From an uncultured Gammaproteobacteria bacterium (GTDB lineage Bacteria > Patescibacteriota > Patescibacteriia > Patescibacteriales > UBA12465), in the NCBI GenBank assembly GCA_964355275.1, contig CAYHCB010000008.1:1-49246 (forward strand): a stretch of 49,246 nt of DNA, given 5' to 3'. The position numbers and the translations under genes were made by a program. Each line of letters begins with the position of its first letter. The stretch's first letter is position 1. The notes under the pieces are model-generated. The model was given only the letters and a program-made list of their open reading frames with translations. It had not been told where the DNA came from and searched no databases. Positions 7,928 through 17,411 of the stretch are shown here, piece after piece.

Positions 7928-7999
7928 AACTTTTAGATTTTCGACGGATATTTTTACCTCGTTAAACTTTTAGATTTTCGACGGATATTTTTACCTCGT
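7925..7999. repeat. perfect 37-bp tandem duplication spanning the stop codon and last 11 codons of plsC
   Basis: ttaaacttttagattttcgacggatatttttacctcg occurs at 7925-7961 and again at 7962-7998. Confidence 0.9.
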
Positions 8000-8645
8000 C
8001 TTTTATTTTCCGTAAATCAGATAAGTCGGAAAAAACTATTGGTTTACCAATAATCATCCGACCTCTTTTTTTTCGGTAAATTTTAAAGAAGTTAAACCCC
8101 GATTCAATCGGCATAATTGGTTGAATGTTTTCGAGTAAAACGGGAATAACAATTGGCCTCATAAAGTAAATTGTTCGAGCTACTCCGGCACGAGTTGGGC
8201 CGATTTCTCCATTTCTGGTTCTTGTCCCTTCAAAAAATAATAAGAGGCGGCCAGACCTTAAGACAGAGTAAAATCTTTCTAGAGTTTCCTCGGTAACCTC
8301 TTTTTTTGTGCACCCCCTATCAACTGGAATCGTTTTTAATAAATCCATTAATATTCTTTCAAGTGGGCGACTAAAAAAGTTTTTGCGATCGGGAGCATTC
8401 CAGGGAATGCGGTGATAACGAAAAAATGGTTCCCACCATCGAGCCACCCCCATACCAATTAGTAGTGAATCGATTAGGGTTTCGTGGTTAGATACAAATA
8501 AAATATTCCGGCCACGAGGAATATTTTTACGCCCTTCAATTTTTACTTTATTTAATATTTTGAAAATGTAAAATCCCAAAAGTAAAAAGAATAATAAAGC
8601 CAGTGGGCTTATTAGGCGCTCAAGACCAAATTTTAACTTTCTCAT
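7962..8645 (-). CDS. plsC: 1-acyl-sn-glycerol-3-phosphate acyltransferase
   Basis: NHETLID (HX4D) and FFEGTRTRNG (EGTR) acyltransferase motifs, with an N-terminal TM segment. Confidence 0.85.
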   Translation of the reverse strand: MRKLKFGLERLISPLALLFFLLLGFYIFKILNKVKIEGRKNIPRGRNILFVSNHETLIDSLLIGMGVARWWEPFFRYHRIPWNAPDRKNFFSRPLERILMDLLKTIPVDRGCTKKEVTEETLERFYSVLRSGRLLLFFEGTRTRNGEIGPTRAGVARTIYFMRPIVIPVLLENIQPIMPIESGFNFFKIYRKKRGRMIIGKPIVFSDLSDLRKIKDEVKISVENLKV

Positions 8646-8805
8646 GGTTGTTGTTTTTAAAGTTCTCTATTAAGTATATTCCCGTGCGGTTAATTGTAAA
8701 GTTTTGCAATATATTATTTAATATTAGTAAAAATAATTATTATTACTGAGGCGTGGTATAATTATTATATTATAGTCGTTTAAGTATTATAAATATTTTA
8801 AAAAA

Positions 8806-9921
8806 ATGAAAAAAATAAAAATAGTAATATTATTTGTTCTGATATTTTTTAGCGCTAGTTATAAGGGTGCGCTTGCTGAAAGCAGTGTTCCTGGTATCTT
8901 AGATAAACCAAAAATAGCTGAAGCCCAGGTTTTAAAAATATTAGATCAAAAAGAAGATTTTAGAGAGAATGGCTCTAAAACAATTCAACAAAACCTAGAA
9001 CTTGGAATTTTATCGGGGCCACTAAAGGGGCAGACTGTTGTTTATTTAGGGATTTCTGGAATTGATGTGGTCTCATCTCACATTTATAAAATTAATGATA
9101 AAGTTTTAGTTAGTTATAATCGTGATGAAACTGGACAATATGTTTTTTATGTAACCGATTATATTAGAACTGGAAGCTTGCTTTGGTTATCTTTATTTTT
9201 TCTACTAGTTGTTTTACTTGTTGGTGGACGAAAAGGAGTAATGGCCTTAGTTTCTTTGGCAATTAGTTTTTTTGTTATTATAAAAATATTAGTCCCCCTA
9301 GTTTTTGCGGGTTATGATCCACTGGCAGTGGGAATTTTAGTCTCATTTTTAATTCTTTTTGCTTTAATTTATTTAACTGAAGGTTGGAACAAAAAGGCCC
9401 ATGTTTCGGTTTTAAGCATTGCCATTTCGTTAGCCGTAACAGCTGGCCTAGCAATTATTTTTGGCCACTTAAGCCATTTATCAGGTTCCGCCCAGGAGGA
9501 AATAATTTTTTTAATTGACGCTGTTAATGTACCAATTAATTTTCATAATCTATTATTAGCTGCCATTGTAATTGGTACTTTAGGGGTTTTAGATGATGTT
9601 GTTGTGGGGCAAGTTGAATCAGTGCAGCAAATTAAAATAGCTAACCCAGATTTAAATAATAGTCAGGTTTTTAAGATGGCAATGAAAATTGGCAGGGCTC
9701 ATTTAGGGGCTATTACTAATACTTTATTTTTAGCCTACGCTAGTGCCGCGCTACCTTTAATACTTTTATTTAGTGTTCATCAGGAACCATTTTTGACGGT
9801 TTCTCAAGTTATAAATAATGAGGATATTGCTACAGAAATAGTAAGAACTCTGGTCGGCGTAATAAGTCTGTGTTTATCAGCCCCTATCGCTACTTTTTTA
9901 GCAGTTAAATATTTAAAATAG
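8806..9921 (+). CDS. YibE/F-family membrane protein
   Basis: Signal peptide, an extracytoplasmic domain (AQVLKILD...LKGQTVVY...), then a multi-TM region with GGRKGVMALVSL, typical of YibE/F. Confidence 0.65.
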   Translation: MKKIKIVILFVLIFFSASYKGALAESSVPGILDKPKIAEAQVLKILDQKEDFRENGSKTIQQNLELGILSGPLKGQTVVYLGISGIDVVSSHIYKINDKVLVSYNRDETGQYVFYVTDYIRTGSLLWLSLFFLLVVLLVGGRKGVMALVSLAISFFVIIKILVPLVFAGYDPLAVGILVSFLILFALIYLTEGWNKKAHVSVLSIAISLAVTAGLAIIFGHLSHLSGSAQEEIIFLIDAVNVPINFHNLLLAAIVIGTLGVLDDVVVGQVESVQQIKIANPDLNNSQVFKMAMKIGRAHLGAITNTLFLAYASAALPLILLFSVHQEPFLTVSQVINNEDIATEIVRTLVGVISLCLSAPIATFLAVKYLK

Positions 9922-9937
9922 AAGACTTTAAATAGTA

Positions 9938-9946
9938 TGGTATAAT
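9938..9946 (+). promoter_or_regulatory. extended -10 element (TGgTATAAT) placing the predicted TSS on the ATG at 9953
   Basis: TG at 9938-9939, TATAAT at 9941-9946, and 6 nt to the A of the ATG. Confidence 0.45.
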
Positions 9947-9952
9947 ATAAAT

Positions 9953-10672
9953 ATGATAAAAACACAGCAAAAAATAAAAAATTTCTTTATATTGCTAGCC
10001 GCATTAGATGTTATTTTTATTATTATTACCCCTCTTTTAAGCTTTAGATTTTTTAATTTTTCAGAAGAGTTTTCTGAAGTTACTTTAATTATTTTTTTGT
10101 TTATTTTAATTACCATTCTTTTTAGATTCTATGTTAAGGAGGTGGATAAATATAAACAAAGACACGAGGGCTTAGAAGAGCGTCTAAGAGAAACATTTAA
10201 ATATATTGGATCAATAAATTTACAGTTAGAAGAAATGAAAAAAGTTTTTTCTAGTTTTAATAAGTACCCAGAAAGTAAAAAAGACATTCATGCTTTGTTT
10301 GCCCATACAGCGGAAAAAGTTTTAGGAATTATTAATGCTGATTGGGTATTACTTCGTATTATTGATGTAAACACTGGATCTACGCTTCATGAATATTTTG
10401 TTTCTCGAGGTAATAAAAAAGTTGAAAAAGTTAAATTAGAAAATAAAACTCTTTTAAGCGGCGAGTGCTCATTTGGTGCTTGTTCAATAATAAAATCAAA
10501 TCAAGAAAACTTTAATATTAAAGCGTTTTGTATCCTTCCAGTTGCCTCTAAAAATAGCAATCAAGAGTTTTTAATCAACTCCATTATTAATCAACTTGAA
10601 ATGTTTTTTATTATTTTTAATTCACTATATTATAAAAGAAATAGCGATAATAAAAATACTTTAACTAATTAA
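9953..10672 (+). CDS. hypothetical membrane-anchored protein (2 TM, coiled coil, globular C-terminal domain)
   Basis: Hydrophobic N-terminus. No motif recognised. Confidence 0.6.
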   Translation: MIKTQQKIKNFFILLAALDVIFIIITPLLSFRFFNFSEEFSEVTLIIFLFILITILFRFYVKEVDKYKQRHEGLEERLRETFKYIGSINLQLEEMKKVFSSFNKYPESKKDIHALFAHTAEKVLGIINADWVLLRIIDVNTGSTLHEYFVSRGNKKVEKVKLENKTLLSGECSFGACSIIKSNQENFNIKAFCILPVASKNSNQEFLINSIINQLEMFFIIFNSLYYKRNSDNKNTLTN

Positions 10673-10678
10673 AAAAAT

Positions 10679-10954
10679 ATGACAACCACAAAAAAACAAA
10701 CAAAAAAACCAGACACTTTAAATTCGGAGCAATTTAAGGTTTATGGCCATGAATTACTTAAAAAAATAAAGGAGTTAATTAAAGAAGGAAATATACAGCG
10801 AATTATTATAAAAAATGAAAAGGGAAAAGTAATGGTAGAGATTCCTGTTACCTTAGCCGCCGTTGGTGCCTTAGTTGCCCCTATTTTAGCTGCTGTTGGC
10901 GCTTTAGCTGCTCTGCTTAATAAATGCACGATTGAGGTTATTAGAAAAAAATAA
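10679..10954 (+). CDS. DUF4342-like small protein
   Basis: EGNIQRIIIKNEKGKVMVEIPVTLAAVGALVAPILAAVGALAALLNKCTIEV matches the characteristic DUF4342 pattern. Confidence 0.65.
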   Translation: MTTTKKQTKKPDTLNSEQFKVYGHELLKKIKELIKEGNIQRIIIKNEKGKVMVEIPVTLAAVGALVAPILAAVGALAALLNKCTIEVIRKK

Positions 10955-10961
10955 ACTTTAT

Positions 10962-10992
10962 AAAAAAAGACTCTTTAACTAGAGTCTTTTTT
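10962..10992. terminator. bidirectional intrinsic terminator
   Basis: A-run, stem aagactct/agagtctt, T-run. Confidence 0.75.
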
Positions 10993-11001
10993 GTTTACCG
11001 T

Positions 11002-12375
11002 TTATTGTTGTTTTATAACTGATAATATTTCGTCTCGTTTTTTTATCATTATATTAGGACTTATAGCTTCTAAATTTAAACGAACCTTATCTTCGGTATT
11101 GGAGGCACGTACATTAAACCAATAGTCATTATACTCTACGGTTATGCCATCTAAATAATTTATTTTGCCATCAGAGTATTTTTCTGATAATACTTTTATA
11201 ACCTCAGATTTATTTTTTACGGTGTTATTTATTTCTCCGCTAGAAAAATATTTTTCTAAAGGATTTAAACAAATTGAAATTTTTTGTTCACATGAGGAAA
11301 ATTCTTCAAGTAATTTTCCAATCATAATATTAGGCATTTCAAAACAGCCAATTGGTAAATTAAGAAAAAAGTGTCCAGAAGATTCGCCGGCAAAATAAAT
11401 ATCTTCTTTAAGCATTTGTTCTTTAATTAGCGAGTGCCCCACCCTGGTGATAACAGGCTGGCCACCATTTTCAACAATTAAATCTCTGGTAATTTTTCCC
11501 GGACGAACATCATAACCAATTTTACTATTTGGCTTGGCTGTTAAAAATATTTTAGCTAGCAATCCTCTTATAATAGCTGGATTAATTGTTTCTCCATTAT
11601 TATTTACGAAGAAAATTCTATCACCATCACCATCTATAGCTATTCCTAAGTCTGCCTCTTTTTCTAGTACCATAGCATGTAACTGGGCCATATTTTCTTC
11701 TTTTAGGGGATCAGCTTCGTGGGCCGGGAAAGATCCATTAAATTCAAAATTTAAAGGTAATAAAATAATTGGTAAGTTTTTAAAAAGTTCAAATATGTAT
11801 TGTGCCCCCATTCCGTTTCCAGTATCAACCACAATTTTGAATGGTTTTATTTTTTCTAAGTTAATATATTGTAGGTCATGGCGTAATTGTTCTTTAGCTA
11901 TTCCATCTTTAATAGTCAAGGTGCCATCGTTGGTAATTTGAGGAAACAATTCTTTTTCAATTATATTTCTTATTATATTAAGTCCAGTTTCTCCGCTAAC
12001 CGGTATCGCTTTTGAACGAACAATTTTAAAACCATTCCACTCTCCAGGGTTATGAGAAGCTGAAACCATAATACCACCATCTAAGCCATAACTTGAGACA
12101 GCAAAATAAAAAGCCGGGGTGGACGCTAATCCAAAATCAATAACGTTTACTCCAGCGGCAATGAAACCGGCTATTAATTGTTTTTTAAGAGATGGTGTAG
12201 ATAGGCGCATGTCACCGGCCACGGCTAATTTAAGGGGGCGACTTGAATCATAATCTTTATCTTTTTGACGTAAGGCGACGTAAGCTAAAGCAATATCGTA
12301 AGCGTCTCCGTCATTAAAGTCAGTGTTGTATATTCCTCTTACGTCGTAAGCTTTAAAAATATCTAAATTAATCAT
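11002..12375 (-). CDS. phosphomannomutase/phosphoglucomutase (alpha-D-phosphohexomutase)
   Basis: Active-site MVSASHNPGEWNGFK and the Mg-binding loop AIDGDGDR. Confidence 0.9.
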   Translation of the reverse strand: MINLDIFKAYDVRGIYNTDFNDGDAYDIALAYVALRQKDKDYDSSRPLKLAVAGDMRLSTPSLKKQLIAGFIAAGVNVIDFGLASTPAFYFAVSSYGLDGGIMVSASHNPGEWNGFKIVRSKAIPVSGETGLNIIRNIIEKELFPQITNDGTLTIKDGIAKEQLRHDLQYINLEKIKPFKIVVDTGNGMGAQYIFELFKNLPIILLPLNFEFNGSFPAHEADPLKEENMAQLHAMVLEKEADLGIAIDGDGDRIFFVNNNGETINPAIIRGLLAKIFLTAKPNSKIGYDVRPGKITRDLIVENGGQPVITRVGHSLIKEQMLKEDIYFAGESSGHFFLNLPIGCFEMPNIMIGKLLEEFSSCEQKISICLNPLEKYFSSGEINNTVKNKSEVIKVLSEKYSDGKINYLDGITVEYNDYWFNVRASNTEDKVRLNLEAISPNIMIKKRDEILSVIKQQ

Positions 12376-13507
12376 TTTGTTTTTGTTTAATAGTTAAAAA
12401 TAGTCCACCTAATCCCCAAGTGACGAAAAACAAAGAGATAAGCGCCCCAAAATAAGGTATCGAACTTAATATAGTAAAAATAATTAAACCGGTAATAAGA
12501 ATTATAAAAGCATTAACCGACTCTTTGAAAATTATTTTAATTAATAAATCTCCTATAAAGAAGGACGAGGAGATAAGGGCTAAAAATATAAAAGTTAAGT
12601 ATCCTGTTAGTATTATTATAGCTAAAGGAATTCCGATAACAGTTAAACTGAAAAATAAAATAAGAGCCGGCGTTATAATTAAAGAGCTTAGTCCAATTAA
12701 AGTAGCTTGCCACCACTTACTTTTTAAAGTGCTGATCGTTGAATATATTATTTCCTTTTTTAGAGTAACTATAATTAAACCAATTAACAAAAGAGATGAT
12801 AATTTATAGAACATTTTAGATAATATATTTACCAGGTTGTCTGAAGTACTTTTAGATTTTTGACGATTTATTTCTCCGGCTACTGACGAAGGGCTCTCTA
12901 AATTAATTTCTTTTTCTGCCAAATAAGTTACTCCTCCGCCAATAACAGCATCTTTACTTATAAATATTCCCCCAAGTTTTGTGTTGTTACCACTATCATC
13001 TATAGTTAAATTTATATTTTTATTAATTTTTCCTTTAATGGCTGCCGTCTTTATATAACCATGTAAATTGCCACCAATATTACCATCAAAAACACCATTA
13101 ACTCCGGCAACTAAAACATCCCAACCGACAGTTGAACTCGGTGTTAAATTAATTTCGGTACCAAAACTGTTTATATTATGCCCAATAGCGCCGTTTATAT
13201 TTAAACTGGTTCCAGCTACACGAACACTTCCCTTTACTTCGCCGTTTATTGTTACATTATTACTAAAAGCTATTAAATCACCACTTACGGTTCCGTTTAT
13301 AACTATATTTTTACAAATAGCAAAAATATCTCCATTTACTGTGCCATCGATATTCATGTCTTCGCAACTAGCGTAAACATTTCCGTCAGCAATCTCTTCT
13401 TTATTTAAACGAACGGAATTATCAACCCTAACCTCAAAAGCGGTAGACTTACTAAAAGGAATAGCAATAAATATTGTGATAGCAACAAAAAGTAATATTT
13501 TTTTCAT
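12368..13507 (-). CDS. bactofilin-like (polymer-forming cytoskeletal type) beta-helix repeat protein with C-terminal polytopic membrane domain
   Basis: Repeated xNGxVxGD/N units (VNGDIFAICKNIVINGTVSGDLIAFSNNVTINGEVKGSV...). N-terminal signal MKKILLFVAI. The start was moved to the ATG at 13507. Overlaps the downstream gene by 8 nt. Confidence 0.5.
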   Translation of the reverse strand: MKKILLFVAITIFIAIPFSKSTAFEVRVDNSVRLNKEEIADGNVYASCEDMNIDGTVNGDIFAICKNIVINGTVSGDLIAFSNNVTINGEVKGSVRVAGTSLNINGAIGHNINSFGTEINLTPSSTVGWDVLVAGVNGVFDGNIGGNLHGYIKTAAIKGKINKNINLTIDDSGNNTKLGGIFISKDAVIGGGVTYLAEKEINLESPSSVAGEINRQKSKSTSDNLVNILSKMFYKLSSLLLIGLIIVTLKKEIIYSTISTLKSKWWQATLIGLSSLIITPALILFFSLTVIGIPLAIIILTGYLTFIFLALISSSFFIGDLLIKIIFKESVNAFIILITGLIIFTILSSIPYFGALISLFFVTWGLGGLFLTIKQKQND

Positions 13508-13578
13508 AGGATGAGTTGTTAATTTAGGAAATTTAGTATATCTTATAGTAATAAACATTTAGATTATAGCCTAAAACA

Positions 13579-15240
13579 ATGCCTGAAGCAATAATAGATT
13601 TAATTAAATATTGGCACAATCGAGTAAAAACAATAGACGATTTAGCCGAAGCTAAGCGGGAAATATCCAAAAAATACAAAATTGGATCTCTTTTAAATTC
13701 CCAAATTTTAGAAGTATACCGAGATTTAAAAAATAAGCATAAATTACCGGTTAATTTTAATAAAAGTTTATGGGAATCATTACTCCGTAAGCGCTCTATT
13801 CGTACTTTATCAGGAATAGCGCCGGTGGCAGTCTTAACTAAACCATATCCTTGCCCAGGAAATTGCGCTTATTGCCCCAATGAACCCGGAATGCCAACTA
13901 GTTATTTACCAAATGAACCGGCGGTTATGCGGGCGGTACGCTGTAATTTTGATCCTTATAAACAAACCGTTTTAAGGCTTAATTCTTTAGAAAATAATGG
14001 GCATCGACCAAATAAAATAGAAATTATTGTTATTGGTGGAACGTGGAGTTATTTACCGATTAAGTATCAGTATTGGTATATTTTAAATTGTTTTCGAGCG
14101 GCTAATGATTTTACTCGCTTACGCAAGAATAAAAGCATTGGTTCATATTTAGAATTTAGTCCTGAATCTAAATCACAAATTTTAAAATCTGTTTTAGGAA
14201 AACTAAAATCGCCCTACCCTCATAATTTATCCTTAGATAAATTAAAAGATTTTTTAAATAAAGAGCAGACCAAAAATGAAAAAGCAGAATATAAAATTAT
14301 TGGGCTTACTCTTGAAACTAGACCTGATTATATTAATGAAAAAGAATTAAGACAAATGAGAGAGCTTGGTTGCACTCGAGTGGAAATTGGCGTACAAGCA
14401 CCAGATGATGAAATTTTAAAAATAAATAAACGAGGACACAATGTTGCCGAAATTACTCGAGCAACTAAAGAATTGCGGGATTTCGGGTTTAAAGTCACTT
14501 ATCATATTATGCCAGCTTTACCTGGTTCAACACCTAGTCGCGATTTAGAAATGTTTAAAATGTTATTTTTAGATAGCCGTTTTCAGCCAGATCAAATAAA
14601 ATTTTATCCAACGGTAGTTACTCAAGGAAGTTTACTTTATCGTTGGTGGAAAGCCGGCAAATATCAACCATATTCTGATGAAGAACTCCAAGAATTAATA
14701 ATTGAGTGTAAAAAAATTGTACCTGAGTATGTGCGAATTATAAGACTCATTCGTGATATTCCAGGAGAGTCAATTTTAGCGGGTAATAAGATTACTAATT
14801 TGCGACAAATTTTACAACAACGAGGGGTGAAATGTAACTGTATTCGGTGTCGCGAATCCAAGGAAACTACTTATGTTAAAGATTTTAAAATAAATATTCA
14901 AGAATATGAAGCTGCTGGTGGGATAGAATATTTTATTAGTGCCGATAGTCAAGATAATAAAACTTTGTATGGTTTTTGTCGTTTAAGATTAAGTAACACA
15001 AGTCTTATCGCTCCAGCCATTATTCGCGAACTTCATGTTTATGGTGAGCTAATGCCTGTTGGTAAAGAACAAAAGACGCAACACCGGGGTCTTGGTAAAT
15101 TATTATTACTAGAGGCGGAAAAAATTGTAATTAAATCTGGAATAAAAAAGGTGGCAATTATTTCTGGTGTGGGCGTGCGTGGGTATTATCGAAAAACCGG
15201 CTATAAACTTAAAGACAGCTATATGACTAAGAGTTTATAG
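13579..15240 (+). CDS. elp3: Elp3-family radical SAM/GNAT tRNA uridine(34) carboxymethyl-transferase homologue
   Basis: PCPGNCAYCPNEPGMPTSYLPNEPAVMRA radical-SAM region, and a C-terminal GNAT with QHRGLGKLLLLEAE. The length and domain order are as in Elp3. Confidence 0.85.
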   Translation: MPEAIIDLIKYWHNRVKTIDDLAEAKREISKKYKIGSLLNSQILEVYRDLKNKHKLPVNFNKSLWESLLRKRSIRTLSGIAPVAVLTKPYPCPGNCAYCPNEPGMPTSYLPNEPAVMRAVRCNFDPYKQTVLRLNSLENNGHRPNKIEIIVIGGTWSYLPIKYQYWYILNCFRAANDFTRLRKNKSIGSYLEFSPESKSQILKSVLGKLKSPYPHNLSLDKLKDFLNKEQTKNEKAEYKIIGLTLETRPDYINEKELRQMRELGCTRVEIGVQAPDDEILKINKRGHNVAEITRATKELRDFGFKVTYHIMPALPGSTPSRDLEMFKMLFLDSRFQPDQIKFYPTVVTQGSLLYRWWKAGKYQPYSDEELQELIIECKKIVPEYVRIIRLIRDIPGESILAGNKITNLRQILQQRGVKCNCIRCRESKETTYVKDFKINIQEYEAAGGIEYFISADSQDNKTLYGFCRLRLSNTSLIAPAIIRELHVYGELMPVGKEQKTQHRGLGKLLLLEAEKIVIKSGIKKVAIISGVGVRGYYRKTGYKLKDSYMTKSL

Positions 15241-15243
15241 TTT

Positions 15244-15272
15244 TTGACAAAAAGTCTTAGCTAAACTATCAT
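15244..15272 (+). promoter_or_regulatory. sigma70 promoter (TTGACA-N17-TATCAT) upstream of glyA
   Basis: TTGACA at 15244-15249 and tatcat at 15267-15272. Confidence 0.6.
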
Positions 15273-15293
15273 AAATAGGCACAAAATAAACAT

Positions 15294-16538
15294 ATGAAAT
15301 ACGAATTTTTACCATCTCAAGACCCAAAATTATGGTCTTTTATAAGTGAAGAAGAAACTCGCCAAGAAGACGAAATTGAGTTAATTGCTTCGGAAAATTA
15401 TGTCTCCCCGGCCGTTTTAGAGGCGATGGCGACAGTTTTAACTAATAAATATAGTGAAGGTTATAGTGGCCACCGTTATTACGGAGGTAATCAAATAATT
15501 GATAAGATCGAGAGTTTAGCTATAGATAGGGCTAAAGAATTATTTGGTGCTGAACATGTAAACGTTCAACCTCTTTCCGGTTCACCAGCTAACGCTGCGG
15601 TTTATATGGCCTTTTTAGAGCCAGGGGATAAAGTTTTAGGTTTACGTTTGGATCACGGCGGGCATTTATCTCATGGTCATAAAGTTAATTTTTCTGGTCG
15701 TTTATATAATTTTATTCAATATGGCGTTAATCTAGAAACTGGAATTATTGATATGGATGAGGTTAGGCGGATTGCTCTAGCGGAAAAACCAAAAATGATT
15801 GTCGCTGGTTTTAGTGCCTATTCTAGAGAAATTGATTGGCAAAAGTTTAAAGAAATTGCCGATGAAATAGGTGCTTATACTTTTGCTGATATTGCTCACA
15901 TTGCTGGACTTGTGGCCGCTGGGATTGTAAGTAGCCCGGTTCCTTATTTTGATGTTATTTCAACTACTACCCACAAAACATTACGTGGACCACGAGGCGC
16001 CATTATAATGTGTAAAGAAAAATATGCTAAACAAATTGATCGCGCCGTTTTTCCGGGTATGCAAGGAGGGCCCCATGATCATATTAACGCCGCTAAAGCC
16101 GTGGCTTTCGGTGAGGCGCTTAAACCAGAGTTTAAAGATTACTCAAGACAAGTTATTTTAAATGCCCAGGCCCTAGCTAAAGCTCTAATTAATTTGGGTT
16201 ATAAAATTGTATCAGGTGGCACCGATAATCATTTAATGGTGATTGATTTAAGTGGTCAAGATTTGGCCGGTAAGGATGTTGAGACTGCTTTAGAAAATAT
16301 TGGAATTTCTGTTTCTCGTTCAACTATTCCTAACGACCCAAATCCACCAATGAATCCTTCAGGTATTCGTGTTGGGACTCCTGCGGTTACAACGCGCGGC
16401 ATGAAAGAGGCGGAAATGGTAATTATTGCTGATTTAATAAATCAAGCAGTAACTAATAAAGACAATAAAGAGAAGTTGCTTAGTTTAAAACAAATTGTTA
16501 AAGATTTGTGTGGACACTTTCCAATTTATAAAAAATAA
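15294..16538 (+). CDS. glyA: serine hydroxymethyltransferase
   Basis: ELIASENYVSPAVLEA, and TTTHKTLRGPRGA with the PLP lysine. Confidence 0.95.
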   Translation: MKYEFLPSQDPKLWSFISEEETRQEDEIELIASENYVSPAVLEAMATVLTNKYSEGYSGHRYYGGNQIIDKIESLAIDRAKELFGAEHVNVQPLSGSPANAAVYMAFLEPGDKVLGLRLDHGGHLSHGHKVNFSGRLYNFIQYGVNLETGIIDMDEVRRIALAEKPKMIVAGFSAYSREIDWQKFKEIADEIGAYTFADIAHIAGLVAAGIVSSPVPYFDVISTTTHKTLRGPRGAIIMCKEKYAKQIDRAVFPGMQGGPHDHINAAKAVAFGEALKPEFKDYSRQVILNAQALAKALINLGYKIVSGGTDNHLMVIDLSGQDLAGKDVETALENIGISVSRSTIPNDPNPPMNPSGIRVGTPAVTTRGMKEAEMVIIADLINQAVTNKDNKEKLLSLKQIVKDLCGHFPIYKK

Positions 16539-17372
16539 ATGATAAAAATAGATGGTCGCGCTTTAGCCGAAAAAGTTAAAGACAAAATTGCCAAAGAAGT
16601 TTTTAAAATAATTAAAAAAGGCGAACTTCATCCTAGTTTAGCAATTATTTTAGTTGGTAACCGACCAGACTCCAGATTGTACGTTTCTCTTAAAGAGCGG
16701 GAGGCTAAAAAATTAGGGATAGATACTCATCGTTATGAATTAGAGGAGGATGTTAGTGAAAAAGAAATAATAGATACTGTTAATTTCTTAAATAAAGATG
16801 ATTTAGTTGATGCTATTTTAATCCAATTACCGTTACCAGAAAAGTTCAATACAGAAAAAATAATGGCCACACTTATTCCTAGTAAAGATGCTGATGGTTT
16901 TTTAGATAATCATCCAGATTATGTGACGTCCCCAGTTCTAGCGGCGGTTAAGCTGATGTTAGAAGATACAAAAATAGACGTGGCCAATTTAAGTGCCGGC
17001 GCTTTGTATAATTCTGATATTTTTGGTGGCGCTTTGAAATCTTTATTAAAAGATTATGGCTTTAAAAAAGTCTTGGGTATTACTAGCCATGACGCCAGTG
17101 AAGTAAAAAAAGTAGCTTCTTCGGTTGATGTTTTAGTAAGTGCTATTGGAGTTCCTTTGTTTATAAAAGATAATATGATAAAAGAAAACGCTGTAATAAT
17201 TGATATTGGCACCACCAAAGTTGGTTCAAAAATTTATGGTGATGTAGATTTTGATAGTGTTAAAGATAAGGTTTCTTATATTTCTCCGGTACCGGGTGGT
17301 GTGGGGCCGCTAACAATTGCCTTTTTATTTAGAAATGTTTTAGAAATTTATAAAAATAAAAAAACCGCGTAA
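16539..17372 (+). CDS. folD: bifunctional methylenetetrahydrofolate dehydrogenase/cyclohydrolase
   Basis: LAIILVGNRPDSRLYV, QLPLP, and PVPGGVGPLTIAFL. Confidence 0.9.
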   Translation: MIKIDGRALAEKVKDKIAKEVFKIIKKGELHPSLAIILVGNRPDSRLYVSLKEREAKKLGIDTHRYELEEDVSEKEIIDTVNFLNKDDLVDAILIQLPLPEKFNTEKIMATLIPSKDADGFLDNHPDYVTSPVLAAVKLMLEDTKIDVANLSAGALYNSDIFGGALKSLLKDYGFKKVLGITSHDASEVKKVASSVDVLVSAIGVPLFIKDNMIKENAVIIDIGTTKVGSKIYGDVDFDSVKDKVSYISPVPGGVGPLTIAFLFRNVLEIYKNKKTA

Positions 17373-17411
17373 CCAGCGGTTTTAAAATGTTGGTTAATTA
17401 AATATTTGCTA

